A DNA stretch of 64,000 nucleotides from an uncultured Phycisphaerales bacterium (GCA_963718665.1 OY970359.1:2400001-2464000), one strand, 5' to 3'. Positions 29,558 through 40,792 are shown, counted from the first letter of the stretch. Notes: generated from the letters alone by a model not told the origin. Numbers and translations are program-made.

Positions 29558-31426
29558 TCAGTTATGTTTTCCGTATTTTATTTCCACGCGGGATATTTGT
29601 GCTTCGCACCCATATTCTATTTTCAGATATTGTGCGTCATCGCCGGCTCCTGTGCCTGTATAAAGAACAGGAGAGTAATAGCTGTAATCGCCCTTGCCGG
29701 TGAAGTAATCGTGACGTGAGAACTTGACGGGCGTGAACTTTTGGTCGTCGGCGGACACATAAAAATTAAAATCCGTAATACTTGCAGGGAAGAATGAATA
29801 AACCTCCCAGGAAACAATCGGCGGTTCTACTTTGTAAATTATGGAACTTCCTTTTATGCCTTTCAGCCGGTGTATGTCCTCTTTGAATTTGCGTGCTTCT
29901 TTTGTCTCTAACGACAGTGCCCCTTTGCGATTATTGATTGACTTAAAATCCTGCAGTTCATCGACAAGTGTTTTGCAGGTTACAGACACAGGCCCAACGA
30001 CGTTTGATGGCCCGGATTCGCCCGCGGAGTTCCCTGCTGTAACACGGTAATAATAGCTTTTGCCGATTTCGACTCCGGTGTCATTGAAAAGGGGGCGATA
30101 TTGAAAATCAGCATCGGATATATTTTGTCCTGCGCTCAGCCACGGGCCATCTTTAGATTCTGCTCTTTCGATTGTGTAACCGGAAGCGCCTGCACTGCCT
30201 TGCCAGGAAATTGCCGCCGCGTTTTTAATATCGAGAAGTGTCGGCTCTGAGGGCTTTTCAATGGCCGGGACAGCAGCGGGGGTGATTTCAAAGGCCTTAC
30301 GACGCATCAGGGATAAAACATTGGCCTCGTCAAAAGTGTCGCCGGAAGCAAAGCCCGGCCAATGGTATGCCTTGTACTTGTCGCCTCCGTGCGGCTCGCT
30401 GTGTGAATAGAAGCCGCCGTCGCGGTCATGAAAACGCAGCGACCAGATTAAAACGCCGCTTACCTTTTCATCTCTTACGGCATCCAGCAGGGATTCGACG
30501 TCTTTGGTGGGGATAAAACCGAACTCGCCGACAATATAGGCCTTTTTACCGCGGGCAAGGGCGGCGGTCCCTTTAATCTGTTCAATCATCTCAGCAGGGC
30601 TTATCGGTATCTTGAACATAACAGGATAGTGATGAGTCGTAACGATATCGATGTTTTTATCTTCAAGCGACAGGTCGCGGACGGGGGTTAGATGATAGCC
30701 GTCCATAACAAGATGATTCGGGTCGATACTTTTAATGTATGCGGCGGCCTTGACCGTCCACTCCGGCGGGCATATAAGCTCATTACCGGTCTCCCACGCG
30801 AGGATGGCCTTGTCGTCCCGGTATTTTACGCCTGTAATCGAATTGGTGCGGTTTACGACCGAATTAACAATCGCTTTATAATCCTCAAAAAGCTCAGGGT
30901 CGGTCCAGAAATCATCCCTTGTTTTGCCCCTGAATGCTGCGCAGGCCTCGATTCCACCCCACCATCTGGCGTTATCGATGAATGGGAAAATAATCCGAAT
31001 GCCCTTTTTATTCGCGATAGCCAGGGTCATATCGAGGGATTTATACGCCTTTTCATTGAATTTCCCCGGCCCGACTACATGCCTGGGGATATTAGGGTCT
31101 TCGCTGGCTCTGCGGAGGGAAAGCGTGTAAATACGCGCGACCCGGCCCCCCATTTGCCTGACGGATTCGAGCGCATCGTTGATTTCGAATTCATCGGGCA
31201 GCCGCCAGGGGTTCATCTCGGTGAAAGGCATGTTATCTTCGTTATAGTGCAAACAGGGGACGTTAAAACTGATAAAGCGAAACTCGCCGTTTTCGTCCAT
31301 TAGCTTGTCGCCGCGGGTATAAACAAAGGATTTAAACATTGAGTCGGATTGTCTGGCGGAAGTTTCGGCCTTTGTGACAGATATGAGTAAGGCCATAGTT
31401 GCGAGCAGAACGATTAACTTTTTCAT
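29558..31426 (-). CDS. GH5 endo-mannanase-like enzyme with FN3 domain
   Basis: Signal peptide; AWETGNE, TTHHY, VGEFG and WSLR motifs; YYYRVTA FN3 motif. Confidence 0.82.
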   Translation of the reverse strand: MKKLIVLLATMALLISVTKAETSARQSDSMFKSFVYTRGDKLMDENGEFRFISFNVPCLHYNEDNMPFTEMNPWRLPDEFEINDALESVRQMGGRVARIYTLSLRRASEDPNIPRHVVGPGKFNEKAYKSLDMTLAIANKKGIRIIFPFIDNARWWGGIEACAAFRGKTRDDFWTDPELFEDYKAIVNSVVNRTNSITGVKYRDDKAILAWETGNELICPPEWTVKAAAYIKSIDPNHLVMDGYHLTPVRDLSLEDKNIDIVTTHHYPVMFKIPISPAEMIEQIKGTAALARGKKAYIVGEFGFIPTKDVESLLDAVRDEKVSGVLIWSLRFHDRDGGFYSHSEPHGGDKYKAYHWPGFASGDTFDEANVLSLMRRKAFEITPAAVPAIEKPSEPTLLDIKNAAAISWQGSAGASGYTIERAESKDGPWLSAGQNISDADFQYRPLFNDTGVEIGKSYYYRVTAGNSAGESGPSNVVGPVSVTCKTLVDELQDFKSINNRKGALSLETKEARKFKEDIHRLKGIKGSSIIYKVEPPIVSWEVYSFFPASITDFNFYVSADDQKFTPVKFSRHDYFTGKGDYSYYSPVLYTGTGAGDDAQYLKIEYGCEAQISRVEIKYGKHN

Positions 31427-31552
31427 TTGCAGCTTCCTTGCGTTATCGAAGTTATGTTAAGACCGGACAAAAGCTACACCATTTTAGCGTTGGCTTCGGT
31501 TCTATCAAGTATCTTCAAGTGAAAGAATGCGGTTTTATATGTCCCTAAAATA

Positions 31553-31592
31553 AACGGGGCCTGCCCCGCCACTCGGCGTTGCAAGCCCCGAA
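31553..31592 (-). terminator. Probable terminator of the 31625-34834 gene
   Basis: CGGGGC..GCCCCG stem, followed by TTTATTTT on the minus strand. Confidence 0.55.
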
Positions 31593-31624
31593 GAAAACAC
31601 TAACTAATTAACAAGTTGCGTTTG

Positions 31625-34600
31625 TTACGGCCACAGTTGGATCTGGTGCCACTCATTTCCCATTACAGCCAAATCCTGGAAGTCGACAATTTCCGTTGCC
31701 GGGTTGCCGGAACTCTTGAGATTGGCTTTGGTAGTCAATGGCAGTAGCAACTGGCCGGTGCCGTCGGTTGCAAGATATGCTATTTCTGCATCTGACAGAG
31801 CATAGTCGTAAATCTGGAAGTCAGCGAGCTTACCTGACCACATGGCCCAGTTGGTGCCGCGTGTGCCGATATGGATTGAACCAACCGGCGTCGAGAACAT
31901 AGGGAGTCCGACAGCAGCATTCGGATCACCAGGCAAACCGTTAGTGTCCACTTCCGCGACGTTGTAACCATCTTGGTAAATTGCCATTCTGAAGTTGCCG
32001 TTGGGGTCCGGTCCGCCCTTGACCCATGTCCAGTGGTTCCAGCGGCCGCCAAAGTCCAGCAATGGCAAGTATGTCATTAAACCGCCGTAGTAAACAGGTT
32101 GTGCGGGCGAAACGTGCAGGTATAAACCAGTTTGCGCTGTGGCAGCACCCGCCGTGAGACGTGACGGACAAGGAACTTCCACTTGTTCTGCGCTATTGTC
32201 TGAGAGCCAGACACCCCAAATACCTGGGTATTGAACAATGAAATCGGCTAACATGCTTGCGTTAGACCACACTGAGACGGTTATTCCGCCGCCATCAGGT
32301 GTCGAATGGTTGCTGTCAGTCATAAAGTTCACAGCGGCTGGAGGGGCGGAAACGTAACTCTGAGCGTTTGCAGATCCACCTCCCGCGGTTGGGATTGGCT
32401 GAATGAAGTAGCACGCGCCGCCATTACGGCCGTCAGTAGCGTCCCAGTTGAGTGCAGCCCAGTTGCTGACTGTGCCTGTATAACTGCCCGTTGAACCGTA
32501 ATCAACAACGTTAGTCGTGGTGCCGGTATCGTTGAATTTGTACCAGAGTACCGGTGTCTTGGGTTTCGTAATAGTAGCGAAGGTGCGTAACTCTGCTTTC
32601 TGGAGCCAATACTCCGCGAAGATGCTCAAATCATTGATGTCAACGTCGCAGTCGCCGTCCATATCAGCCGATAGGGTAACAGACGGGTTGCATGTCGAGG
32701 CATACAGCCGGATGTTGTCAAACATCACGTTGCCGTCGCCGGCGCTGCCCCCAGGGTTGGCGAAGAGACAACGCTGACCAAAGCCGAGGTGGAAAGCGCT
32801 CACTGCTGCCATGTTCACAGACCCTGGATATGCATTGGTGGTGAAGTTGGGGTCATTGAGAGGGATATACCATTGTTGCCAGGCGGTCGCCAGTTGGGCG
32901 TTGGGGTTATTGAGGTACACGCCGACATGGCCAGCCGTATCTTCGATAGCTACATACATTACGTTGTAAGTCGGATCGACCGCGTTAAGCGAGGCCCCGA
33001 TATAATCTACTCTTAAGGCCTTGGGCTGCGTAGAAAGCACGTTGGTGTTGCCTGTGAATATCGTGCCGCCGCTGTAAAAGCGTGAGACCTCTGAGAATGG
33101 TTGTGCGTTATAGTAGTAACTGCCATGTTTCCCAAGTGAATCGAGTGCAAAGGTCAAAGTACCACTCGGGATTACATTAGGGAATGTTGTTTGGTAGGTA
33201 AAGTCGTAGCAAGAAGCGATGGTATTACCCATTGTCCAGTTGGCGTTTACATCAGCCGTGTTGTTGTAATCTTCAAAGTCATCGATGGTGATAATCCCCG
33301 AAGGTGTAAAGGTCCAAAGTACAGGTGCAGTGACGCCGCTGAGGCCGGTTGAACCCCATTGCGTTGTGCCGTTAACTTCCGTTACCTTCCACCAGTAGGT
33401 TGTGCCCGGCACTAAAGGTCCGTACCAGTTAGTCGCTAAGCCCGTAAGTGAATATGAGGTGCCGGTCTGTGTGCTTCTGTAAACTTTAGTAGTGCTGCTG
33501 GTGGCGCTGTAGACCGTCGCGCTGTCCGTGCCAACAAATACCATGTGGCTGGTTGCAAAGTCGCCTTTCGTCCAGCGTAATGCCAACGGTTCGGTTAAGC
33601 CATTCCGTCCGTTATACGGGTTTGGATTGTATGCCTTGCCGTCATGGCTCGTGAATTTCCAGACCAGGCCTTTATAAAGCGTGGTGTTAGAGCCGATAAT
33701 ATTGCCGCTTCCGTCGTATATGTTTGATGTGATTGCATTATCATCAACTCGCCAATAGTAGTTAGTATTAGTTTTGAAGTTGAAATTGTTGACATCCCAC
33801 TGGTTCGGTTCTGCATTGGCTTCATTTACTTCGTGCATGAATTGTGGTGATGTTATGGTTGCGGCACTAATGTCCGCGGTGGATGTCCCGAAATACACGT
33901 CATGGTTTATGACGTTGGGTTCGCTGCCACTGTTCCAACTGAGCATAATGCCGACATTAACATCGCCGACTCTGTAATGAACGTTCGTCGAGTTCATATC
34001 CGGCGAAGGTCCCCAGGGCCTTAGCATGTTGACGCTGTCACTTACTAATATTGTATTGGTGCCGTCAAATACAGGTATTCCGATGTTGCCGCGTGTGGAC
34101 ACAATGCTCTTGCCCGCGATGAGACCGGGAAGATTCGGACTGGTAATCAAATAGTTGCCTGCAAGTTGCAGTGTGCCGCCGCTGATATCGATTTTGTTTT
34201 CCGGATAGTCCTGGTAGAAAATGAAATTGTTGTCTCCTATGCACTGCAGAGTTCCGCCATACAGGGCAATATTGCCATGATAGAGAGCGACCCTTGGGAC
34301 GCTAATGAGTCCGCCATACATCGTCACTACACCTTTGTTCATAAGTTGATAAGTGGTCGAGCCGCCGCCGATATAAAGACCGTTTCCCGTGACAGAAGTC
34401 GGGGTAGTTACCGTGCCGCCAAGAACTGTCAGTCCGGCAGTGCCCACTGAGTTGGCGTCACCATATGTGAAATCGGTGCCGTTACTGGCGAGGTAGATAC
34501 ATTCTCCGGCATTAAAATCTCCTGAATTAACTTCGACGGCTGTGCTCGGAGCGCCTGACCATGACCAATCTAATACCGCCAAAGCTGAGCATGCCGCATC

Positions 34601-34834
34601 GCCGTTGATTATCGGGCCGGGGTACGGTTCGATAACCACAAATGTGTTGCCGTCTGGTGGAATTGCTCCGGCAGGTTCGCCGGCATTATGGACCCAGTTA
34701 CCGGCGTCAAACCAGTCCTGGTTACTGTTGGTATTGTGCCATACCACAGTTGTGTTCCAGTCGAAGGCCATAGCATAATTGCACATGGCCAAAAAACATA
34801 GAAGTGCTAAAATGGATACAATTTTCCTTGACAT
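31625..34834 (-). CDS. Large secreted protein with LamG-like jelly-roll, YYWRVD Ig-like modules and dockerin-like repeats
   Basis: Signal peptide; YYWRVD and YWWKVTE; ADMDGDCDVDINDL..W; WNHWTWV..DFQIYDYALS; C-terminal VDFQDLAVMGNEW. Confidence 0.75.
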   Translation of the reverse strand: MSRKIVSILALLCFLAMCNYAMAFDWNTTVVWHNTNSNQDWFDAGNWVHNAGEPAGAIPPDGNTFVVIEPYPGPIINGDAACSALAVLDWSWSGAPSTAVEVNSGDFNAGECIYLASNGTDFTYGDANSVGTAGLTVLGGTVTTPTSVTGNGLYIGGGSTTYQLMNKGVVTMYGGLISVPRVALYHGNIALYGGTLQCIGDNNFIFYQDYPENKIDISGGTLQLAGNYLITSPNLPGLIAGKSIVSTRGNIGIPVFDGTNTILVSDSVNMLRPWGPSPDMNSTNVHYRVGDVNVGIMLSWNSGSEPNVINHDVYFGTSTADISAATITSPQFMHEVNEANAEPNQWDVNNFNFKTNTNYYWRVDDNAITSNIYDGSGNIIGSNTTLYKGLVWKFTSHDGKAYNPNPYNGRNGLTEPLALRWTKGDFATSHMVFVGTDSATVYSATSSTTKVYRSTQTGTSYSLTGLATNWYGPLVPGTTYWWKVTEVNGTTQWGSTGLSGVTAPVLWTFTPSGIITIDDFEDYNNTADVNANWTMGNTIASCYDFTYQTTFPNVIPSGTLTFALDSLGKHGSYYYNAQPFSEVSRFYSGGTIFTGNTNVLSTQPKALRVDYIGASLNAVDPTYNVMYVAIEDTAGHVGVYLNNPNAQLATAWQQWYIPLNDPNFTTNAYPGSVNMAAVSAFHLGFGQRCLFANPGGSAGDGNVMFDNIRLYASTCNPSVTLSADMDGDCDVDINDLSIFAEYWLQKAELRTFATITKPKTPVLWYKFNDTGTTTNVVDYGSTGSYTGTVSNWAALNWDATDGRNGGACYFIQPIPTAGGGSANAQSYVSAPPAAVNFMTDSNHSTPDGGGITVSVWSNASMLADFIVQYPGIWGVWLSDNSAEQVEVPCPSRLTAGAATAQTGLYLHVSPAQPVYYGGLMTYLPLLDFGGRWNHWTWVKGGPDPNGNFRMAIYQDGYNVAEVDTNGLPGDPNAAVGLPMFSTPVGSIHIGTRGTNWAMWSGKLADFQIYDYALSDAEIAYLATDGTGQLLLPLTTKANLKSSGNPATEIVDFQDLAVMGNEWHQIQLWP

Positions 34835-35213
34835 TATGTTTCCTCCTAATCACCCTAAAAAACGACTACATTATAAAACTATGGATGCCTGGCGGACGCC
34901 GCCAGACGTTATTCACCAAGTATAATACCAGACCAATACTGAAAAATCAAGCTATTTTTGCAGTTTCGCGAAGTTTTTTTGGACCATAAGTTGCCGATAT
35001 TTCGCGTAACTTCTTGTCTGACAATACATTATGCGATAAAAACAAGTCAGTATCATCGATGGAACAAAATTTAATTGTTGTAACATATTGTAATTACTGT
35101 ACTTAGAGCTTAAAGCCCTGTTATCGCCCGTTAATATGGTCAAAATTTGTTTAAAGGCCTAAAAATCCCCTGTTTTTATAAAGAGCTGCTATTTTTACCG
35201 CCTAAGCGGCTTA

Positions 35214-36956
35214 TTACATATTCCATTCCTGGGCAAAATGGGCAAAGTCAACGAAAGTGTATGGGTTAAGCCATGTGCTGGTGAAATCCTTAAGGTCCCA
35301 GATGTTTACATGGCAATCGGGAACCCCTGATGGGCCGGTCAAATCCCACGTCGGCGGGGAGGCCTGCAGAACTATATGGCAAACAGTTGTTGCCGGTATA
35401 GTATATGTGAAGGAGTTATTTGTGATAGAGCTGATTGGCGTTGTGGCCATGATATTTACGCTGTTATTGTCAAATTTCCAGACATTGCCTGATGTGAAGG
35501 TTTGCGGGCTGGTAATATTGAAGGTTCCGGTGATGGCATTTGTGATGTTCTTGTTGATGACTATAAGGTGCATCTCGCAGGTATAGCCGTTGAACACAGA
35601 GGCATAAATGGAGCTGTCAGCCGTGTCGGACATTGTCGAATAAACTTCCGTATCTCCGAATGTGGATTTGTTGTTGTCGTAGTTTGTGTAGATTTTTACC
35701 GCGGCATCTACATAGTTACCGTCACCCCAGTAACTCGCAAGGTAAACTCCGTATTTGCCGAAGATACCAAGGACATCCGTGGTGGCTATGCCGCCTGAGT
35801 AGTGGGTTTCTCCGCCGTAAGCATACTCGGTTATCGTAAGATTGGTGTCAGGATAATAAGTATTTATTGATTTCTGTATCCTGGGGATTATTGGCAGGTA
35901 ACTACTGTACCACTCATTAATCCAGCTATTTTCACCGTTAGCCCCAACGTAAGTCGGGTCCCATAGGGTTCTCGGTGCCTGCATACGTGCGTTATACATT
36001 GCCGTGGTCCTTATGTCATTAGTAATCCTATTACCATCGGTAAAATCGGGGGTATCCTGTGCCTCAGGATACCAGTGAACATCGAGGGCGTCGAGGAGTC
36101 GCTTGCCGGCGACGGATGAATTTGCATCCATCTTGTCTAAGTAGTAATCGAGGAACCAGCTATAGCCGGCGCTAAGGGGGGCAGCCCAGTCGGGTGCGTT
36201 CTGGAAACTATAATAACCATTAAATCCATAACTTACGGGGCCAAGCATCTGGGCATTGGGGTCAACATTTTTTACAGCTAAGGATATTGCCACGCTTTTA
36301 TTTTTATATTCCGCGCAGCCGGTCGCGGCAGGGTGAACTTCAGGGTGAGTGCTGTCCCAGAGGTCGGGTTCGTTGTCCATACAATAAAACTTTACGCCGT
36401 TCGGGTCACCCCCGTGGCCATACTTGCTAACAAGGAAATTAACAAATTCATCCATATAAACAACACCGTCGGAAGTATTCGGACTGCCGGGCGGATTGCA
36501 GAATGGCGATCCTTTGGCGAAAACAACCGGATAAAAATAAATTGATGGAGCCGATTGAGTAGCGAGATTTATCTGTACCCAAATAGGGGCTGAGACATAT
36601 CCTGCCATTTGCACTGTTACGATAGAGTCCTGATGGTTCGCAACGCATAAATCGCGGAAATCGTTGGTAATGGCGTAGCCGGGTATCGAACTCGAACTCA
36701 TTTCCTGGTCGTTTTCATAATACCAGTCATTGCCTGCGTTGGACCAGTTGTTTTCCCAGTTGTAGGCGGTCAGGCGATTACCGCCGCTTCTTACTACGGT
36801 GTAATTTGAGTTGCCTGTATCGTTTGTGCCGTAAACGTATTTGCTGATAGGCGTCCTGTTGACGTCGGTATTGATATTATAGGTGACGTTTATGTTGGCT
36901 GATGTGACTGATGCGCAGAAAACAAAGACCACCAGTATCGGGGCGGTACGCCTCAT
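35214..36956 (-). CDS. GH44 endoglucanase/xyloglucanase with C-terminal dockerin-like module
   Basis: RSGGNRLTAYNWENN, DNEPDLW, LDVHWYP and ITEY motifs; GGAG SD. Confidence 0.9.
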   Translation of the reverse strand: MRRTAPILVVFVFCASVTSANINVTYNINTDVNRTPISKYVYGTNDTGNSNYTVVRSGGNRLTAYNWENNWSNAGNDWYYENDQEMSSSSIPGYAITNDFRDLCVANHQDSIVTVQMAGYVSAPIWVQINLATQSAPSIYFYPVVFAKGSPFCNPPGSPNTSDGVVYMDEFVNFLVSKYGHGGDPNGVKFYCMDNEPDLWDSTHPEVHPAATGCAEYKNKSVAISLAVKNVDPNAQMLGPVSYGFNGYYSFQNAPDWAAPLSAGYSWFLDYYLDKMDANSSVAGKRLLDALDVHWYPEAQDTPDFTDGNRITNDIRTTAMYNARMQAPRTLWDPTYVGANGENSWINEWYSSYLPIIPRIQKSINTYYPDTNLTITEYAYGGETHYSGGIATTDVLGIFGKYGVYLASYWGDGNYVDAAVKIYTNYDNNKSTFGDTEVYSTMSDTADSSIYASVFNGYTCEMHLIVINKNITNAITGTFNITSPQTFTSGNVWKFDNNSVNIMATTPISSITNNSFTYTIPATTVCHIVLQASPPTWDLTGPSGVPDCHVNIWDLKDFTSTWLNPYTFVDFAHFAQEWNM

Positions 36957-37153
36957 ATCTACTCCTCCTTGCTAAGCTATGCTGCCCGCCGAAAAATACT
37001 ACCCCCCGGCAGGAAGCTGGTTTCGGGTATGGCTATCTTATTATATATCACAGAAAGGGCAAAGTCAACGAATTTGTCCGGAAAAGTGTTGCATCATTAT
37101 AATATAACCCGCAAAATACCTTACTATATTGATGGCCTGTTTTGTGAAACAAC

Positions 37154-39652
37154 ATGAATACGGAGAGAAAAATGAAGACGCAAAGAGGATTTTTGATTGT
37201 AACGATTGTAGCGTTTGTGTTTATGCTGAGTTTATCCTGCGAACCGAAGTTTGAGCCATTTCAGATACAACCACAAACCGGCGAAAATACCGCCGGACGA
37301 CAGGTAGTCAATTTCAACGGCGACTGGAAGTTCGCCAAAGGCGGGCAGAATGGGGCACAGGCGGTTGATTTTAATGATTCGTCGTGGAAGGCGGTTCGGC
37401 TGCCTCACGACTGGGCAATTGCCGGGCCATTCAATCCAAAGGAAGACGGCTACGCCGGCAAACTGCCCTGGTGGGGGCAGGGCTGGTATCGCAAAAGCTT
37501 TAAGCTCGACAAGGCCGACGCTGGTAAACGCGTATATTTTGATTTCGACGGCGTAATGGCGTTTCCGAAGGTTTATGTCAACGGGCAATTGGCCGGTGAA
37601 TGGGACTATGGTTATATGTCTTTCCGTGTCGATGCGACCCCATTCGTGAAATTCGGCGCCGACAACGTAATTGCGGTGTATGTTGATACTCGCAATCACG
37701 GCACGCGATGGTATCCCGGGGCGGGTATTTATCGCAAAGTAACAATGACTATAACTGAGCCGGTTCACGTCGCACACTGGGGAACTTATATTACGACTTC
37801 CGAAGTGGCCGACGCGTCAGCGAAGGTCAATGTTCGCTCGACTATTGAAAATCATAGCAAGGGCAAATCGAAGGTCAGCGTTGAGGTTACACTGTTTGAC
37901 CCGGATGGCAAGACGGCTGCGACCCTCAAGACCGACGGCGTTGCCATATCGGCAGGAGGGGCAAAGGACGTTAACCAGTCGTTTGTGATTGCAAACCCGC
38001 AGAGATGGGACATCACAAGCCCGAAACTTTATACGGCGAAGACAATTATTCGCCAGGGCGATAAAGTAGTGGATACTGATACGACCACATTTGGCATACG
38101 CGAATTCAAATTCACCGCTGATGACGGATTTCATCTCAATGGCAAACGAGTGCAGCTTCACGGCGTGTGCCTGCATCACGACCAGGGCGCTCTCGGCGGG
38201 GCGTTTTATACCCGCGCGATGGAACGCCAATTAGAGATTATGCGTGATATGGGCGTAAACGCAATTCGCACAAGCCACAACCCGCCTGCGCCGGAATTGG
38301 TGGAGCTTTGCGACCGGATGGGTTTTGTCGTGTGGGATGAGTGCTTTGACAAGTGGGACAAGACCGCGGACAGATTTGACCCCAATAATATGCCGTTAGA
38401 AAAATACGGCGAAAAACAGATTCGCAATTTCGTGCAGCGCGACCGCAATCACCCAAGCGTTGTTGTCTGGTCAATCGGCAACGAAATTGACTCACCGCCC
38501 AAAGACCCGCAGGGCCTGACAAAAGAGCGGGTGAAATTTATGAGCGATTTTGTTCGCAAATACGATTTGACCCGCCCGGTTGGTATGGCCTGTTGTTTTC
38601 CCTACCAGGTGGCAAAATCGGTATTCGACGCACTGGACCTTACCGGGTGGAATTATCAGCGAAGATACGCCCAATACAGGCAGCGATATCCGGATAAGCC
38701 CATCGTTTACAGCGAGTCGGCTTCTGCGCTTAGCACTCGTGGTTTTTATGATTTGCCGCTCAAGGGTTCTAAAACACAATACTCAAAGGAGTTTCAGGTC
38801 GATTCTTACGACCGTAACGCGGCGCAATGGTCGGATATCCCGGACCGCGAGTTTGCTTTGATGGAAAAGGATAAGTTTGTCGCGGGCGAGTTTGTCTGGA
38901 CGGGTTTTGATTATCTCGGCGAGCCAACGCCTTACAGCAGGCAGGCAAGAAGCTCATATTTCGGCATTGTTGACCTCGCGGGCATACCAAAGGACCGCTT
39001 TTATCTTTACCGCAGTCACTGGCGGCCCGATGTTGCCACGGTGCATATACTGCCTCACTGGAACTGGCCCGACAGAATCGGGCAAAATGTCCCCGTGTAT
39101 GTTTATACCAACGGTGACACAGTTGAGCTGTTCCTCAACGGCAAATCCTTAGGCAAACAGACCAAGGCGAAAGAAGCGGGGCCATCTTACTATGGTTCAA
39201 TAGATAAATACCGCCTCTGCTTCAACGACGTAAATTATGAGCCGGGCGAGCTGAAGGCGGTCGCCTATAAGGATGGCTCGGAGATAGGTCAGGAGATTGT
39301 GCGCACGGCGGGTGAGCCAGCGAAAATCCGTCTTACTCCGGATAGAAAAGAGTTGTCTGCCACCGGCGATGACCTCTGCTACATCCTCGTTGAGGCCCTC
39401 GATGCCAATGATACTTTGTGCCCGCTGGCGGATAATCTGATTAAGTTCAAAGTCGATGGCCCCGCTGAAATCGCTGGGGTCGATAATGGCAATCCTCTTT
39501 CTTATGAGCCGTTCCAGGCGGATTACAGGAAGCTGTTCTTCGGCAAAGCAGTGCTGATTCTGCGGACTAAAGAAGGGCAGGCCGGAGACATTCACATAAT
39601 CGCCGACAGTGACGACCTGACCCCTGCGGGCGTTGTCGTCCAAAGCAGGTAG
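37154..39652 (+). CDS. GH2 beta-galactosidase
   Basis: LPHDW, HHDQGALG, IRTSHNP, WSIGNE and WTGFDYLGEP motifs. Confidence 0.92.
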   Translation: MNTERKMKTQRGFLIVTIVAFVFMLSLSCEPKFEPFQIQPQTGENTAGRQVVNFNGDWKFAKGGQNGAQAVDFNDSSWKAVRLPHDWAIAGPFNPKEDGYAGKLPWWGQGWYRKSFKLDKADAGKRVYFDFDGVMAFPKVYVNGQLAGEWDYGYMSFRVDATPFVKFGADNVIAVYVDTRNHGTRWYPGAGIYRKVTMTITEPVHVAHWGTYITTSEVADASAKVNVRSTIENHSKGKSKVSVEVTLFDPDGKTAATLKTDGVAISAGGAKDVNQSFVIANPQRWDITSPKLYTAKTIIRQGDKVVDTDTTTFGIREFKFTADDGFHLNGKRVQLHGVCLHHDQGALGGAFYTRAMERQLEIMRDMGVNAIRTSHNPPAPELVELCDRMGFVVWDECFDKWDKTADRFDPNNMPLEKYGEKQIRNFVQRDRNHPSVVVWSIGNEIDSPPKDPQGLTKERVKFMSDFVRKYDLTRPVGMACCFPYQVAKSVFDALDLTGWNYQRRYAQYRQRYPDKPIVYSESASALSTRGFYDLPLKGSKTQYSKEFQVDSYDRNAAQWSDIPDREFALMEKDKFVAGEFVWTGFDYLGEPTPYSRQARSSYFGIVDLAGIPKDRFYLYRSHWRPDVATVHILPHWNWPDRIGQNVPVYVYTNGDTVELFLNGKSLGKQTKAKEAGPSYYGSIDKYRLCFNDVNYEPGELKAVAYKDGSEIGQEIVRTAGEPAKIRLTPDRKELSATGDDLCYILVEALDANDTLCPLADNLIKFKVDGPAEIAGVDNGNPLSYEPFQADYRKLFFGKAVLILRTKEGQAGDIHIIADSDDLTPAGVVVQSR

Positions 39653-39675
39653 TATCTAACTAATGGAACTTAGTT

Positions 39676-39718
39676 AAAAAGAGGGCCGGCTGAAAAATGG
39701 CCGGTCCTCTTTGTTTTT
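39676..39718. terminator. Bidirectional terminator between convergent genes
   Basis: AAAGAGGGCCGGCT/GGCCGGTCCTCTTT stem with A and T tracts. Confidence 0.8.
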
Positions 39719-39741
39719 ATGAGTATAGCCCAATCGCTGAC

Positions 39742-40607
39742 TCAAGGATTTAACGTTGATGCTGTAGCTGAACCCCATGCAGCAATCTGTGCCCAGCGAA
39801 TGTCCCTGGTTTGCGTCGCAGGGGTTATTATGTAGCCGGCTGTTCCTTTCTTGGCGGCGTCGAGAGTGCTGGATTCCTGCCATTTGTGGTATTCGGCGTG
39901 GCCATCAGCAAAAGAAAATGTTGTTCCGTCGCCGTGCCGTGCCGATGGCGCGTCCCACCATTGCGGCGGGCTTTGGAAAGTGACCGTCCAACCGCCCTCC
40001 GTTGTTCCTTCACAGCCGCCATCGTCAACAAAAATCATACGTTCGTATGCTTTCTTAATGTCCTGGCGGGTCTTAATGAGCATTACGTTCGTATTTAACA
40101 CAGCAGCCGCGATTACTGTGACATTCATCTGGTCAACTACAGAAAATGACCTCGTCTCGTCGGCAGTAGCCCTCGGGCATTTGTAGGCCTTTACGTCTTT
40201 GACATACCTGAACAATGCCCCATTTGCTATCTGTGTTTTTTTTTCGGCCTGACCAAATACAGCCCCTGTCGGCCAACATGGCGGAGCGCCCAGTCCCTTA
40301 AAACCCAGGGCCATTCATTGTAATGATTTCCGCCTGCCGCATAAGCTAAAGTGGCTGAAGTGCATGGCGGTTCCGCAACTTGCCCGTATTCTTCCGAGTC
40401 GCCGCAGACGATTTTGTCGCCGTTATCGTCAGCGTACATCATCCATGCGGCAGTCAATTGCCTCTGATAATTAAGACAAACAGCCCGTTTTCCCTGTTCT
40501 CTGGCTCGGCTCAGCGCGGGCATCAACACTGCCATCAGCAGAGCGATAATGGCGATAACAACCAATAGTTCGACTAATGTAAACCCGGACCCGCTGCGTT
40601 TGCTCAT
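39742..40607 (-). CDS. Prepilin N-terminal / H-X9-DG (DUF1559-type) protein with a 1-nt frameshift at about 40235-40292
   Basis: GFTLVELLVVIAIIALL..PALSRAR in ORF 40227-40607; RHGDGTTFSFADGH in ORF 39742-40314; adding 1 nt gives 288 aa. Confidence 0.85.
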
Positions 40608-40614
40608 AATAATC

Positions 40615-40656
40615 TTTAGCCACAGAGTAACTTTTTAGCCACAGAGCACACAGAGA
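40615..40656 (+). repeat. TTTAGCCACAGAG duplicated / CACAGAG periodic repeat
   Basis: tttagccacagag at 40615 and 40634, then cacacagag. Confidence 0.55.
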
Positions 40657-40792
40657 AAAGCTCAATCCCTTTGCGTTTTACAGACGTAAACAGTTATTTA
40701 CACAACAACACATTATATTTTGCATCAGGCGGGGCAAAAAAAGAACGCCATTTTTTGCTTAACATCCACCATTTTCGGCATATAATACGGGT

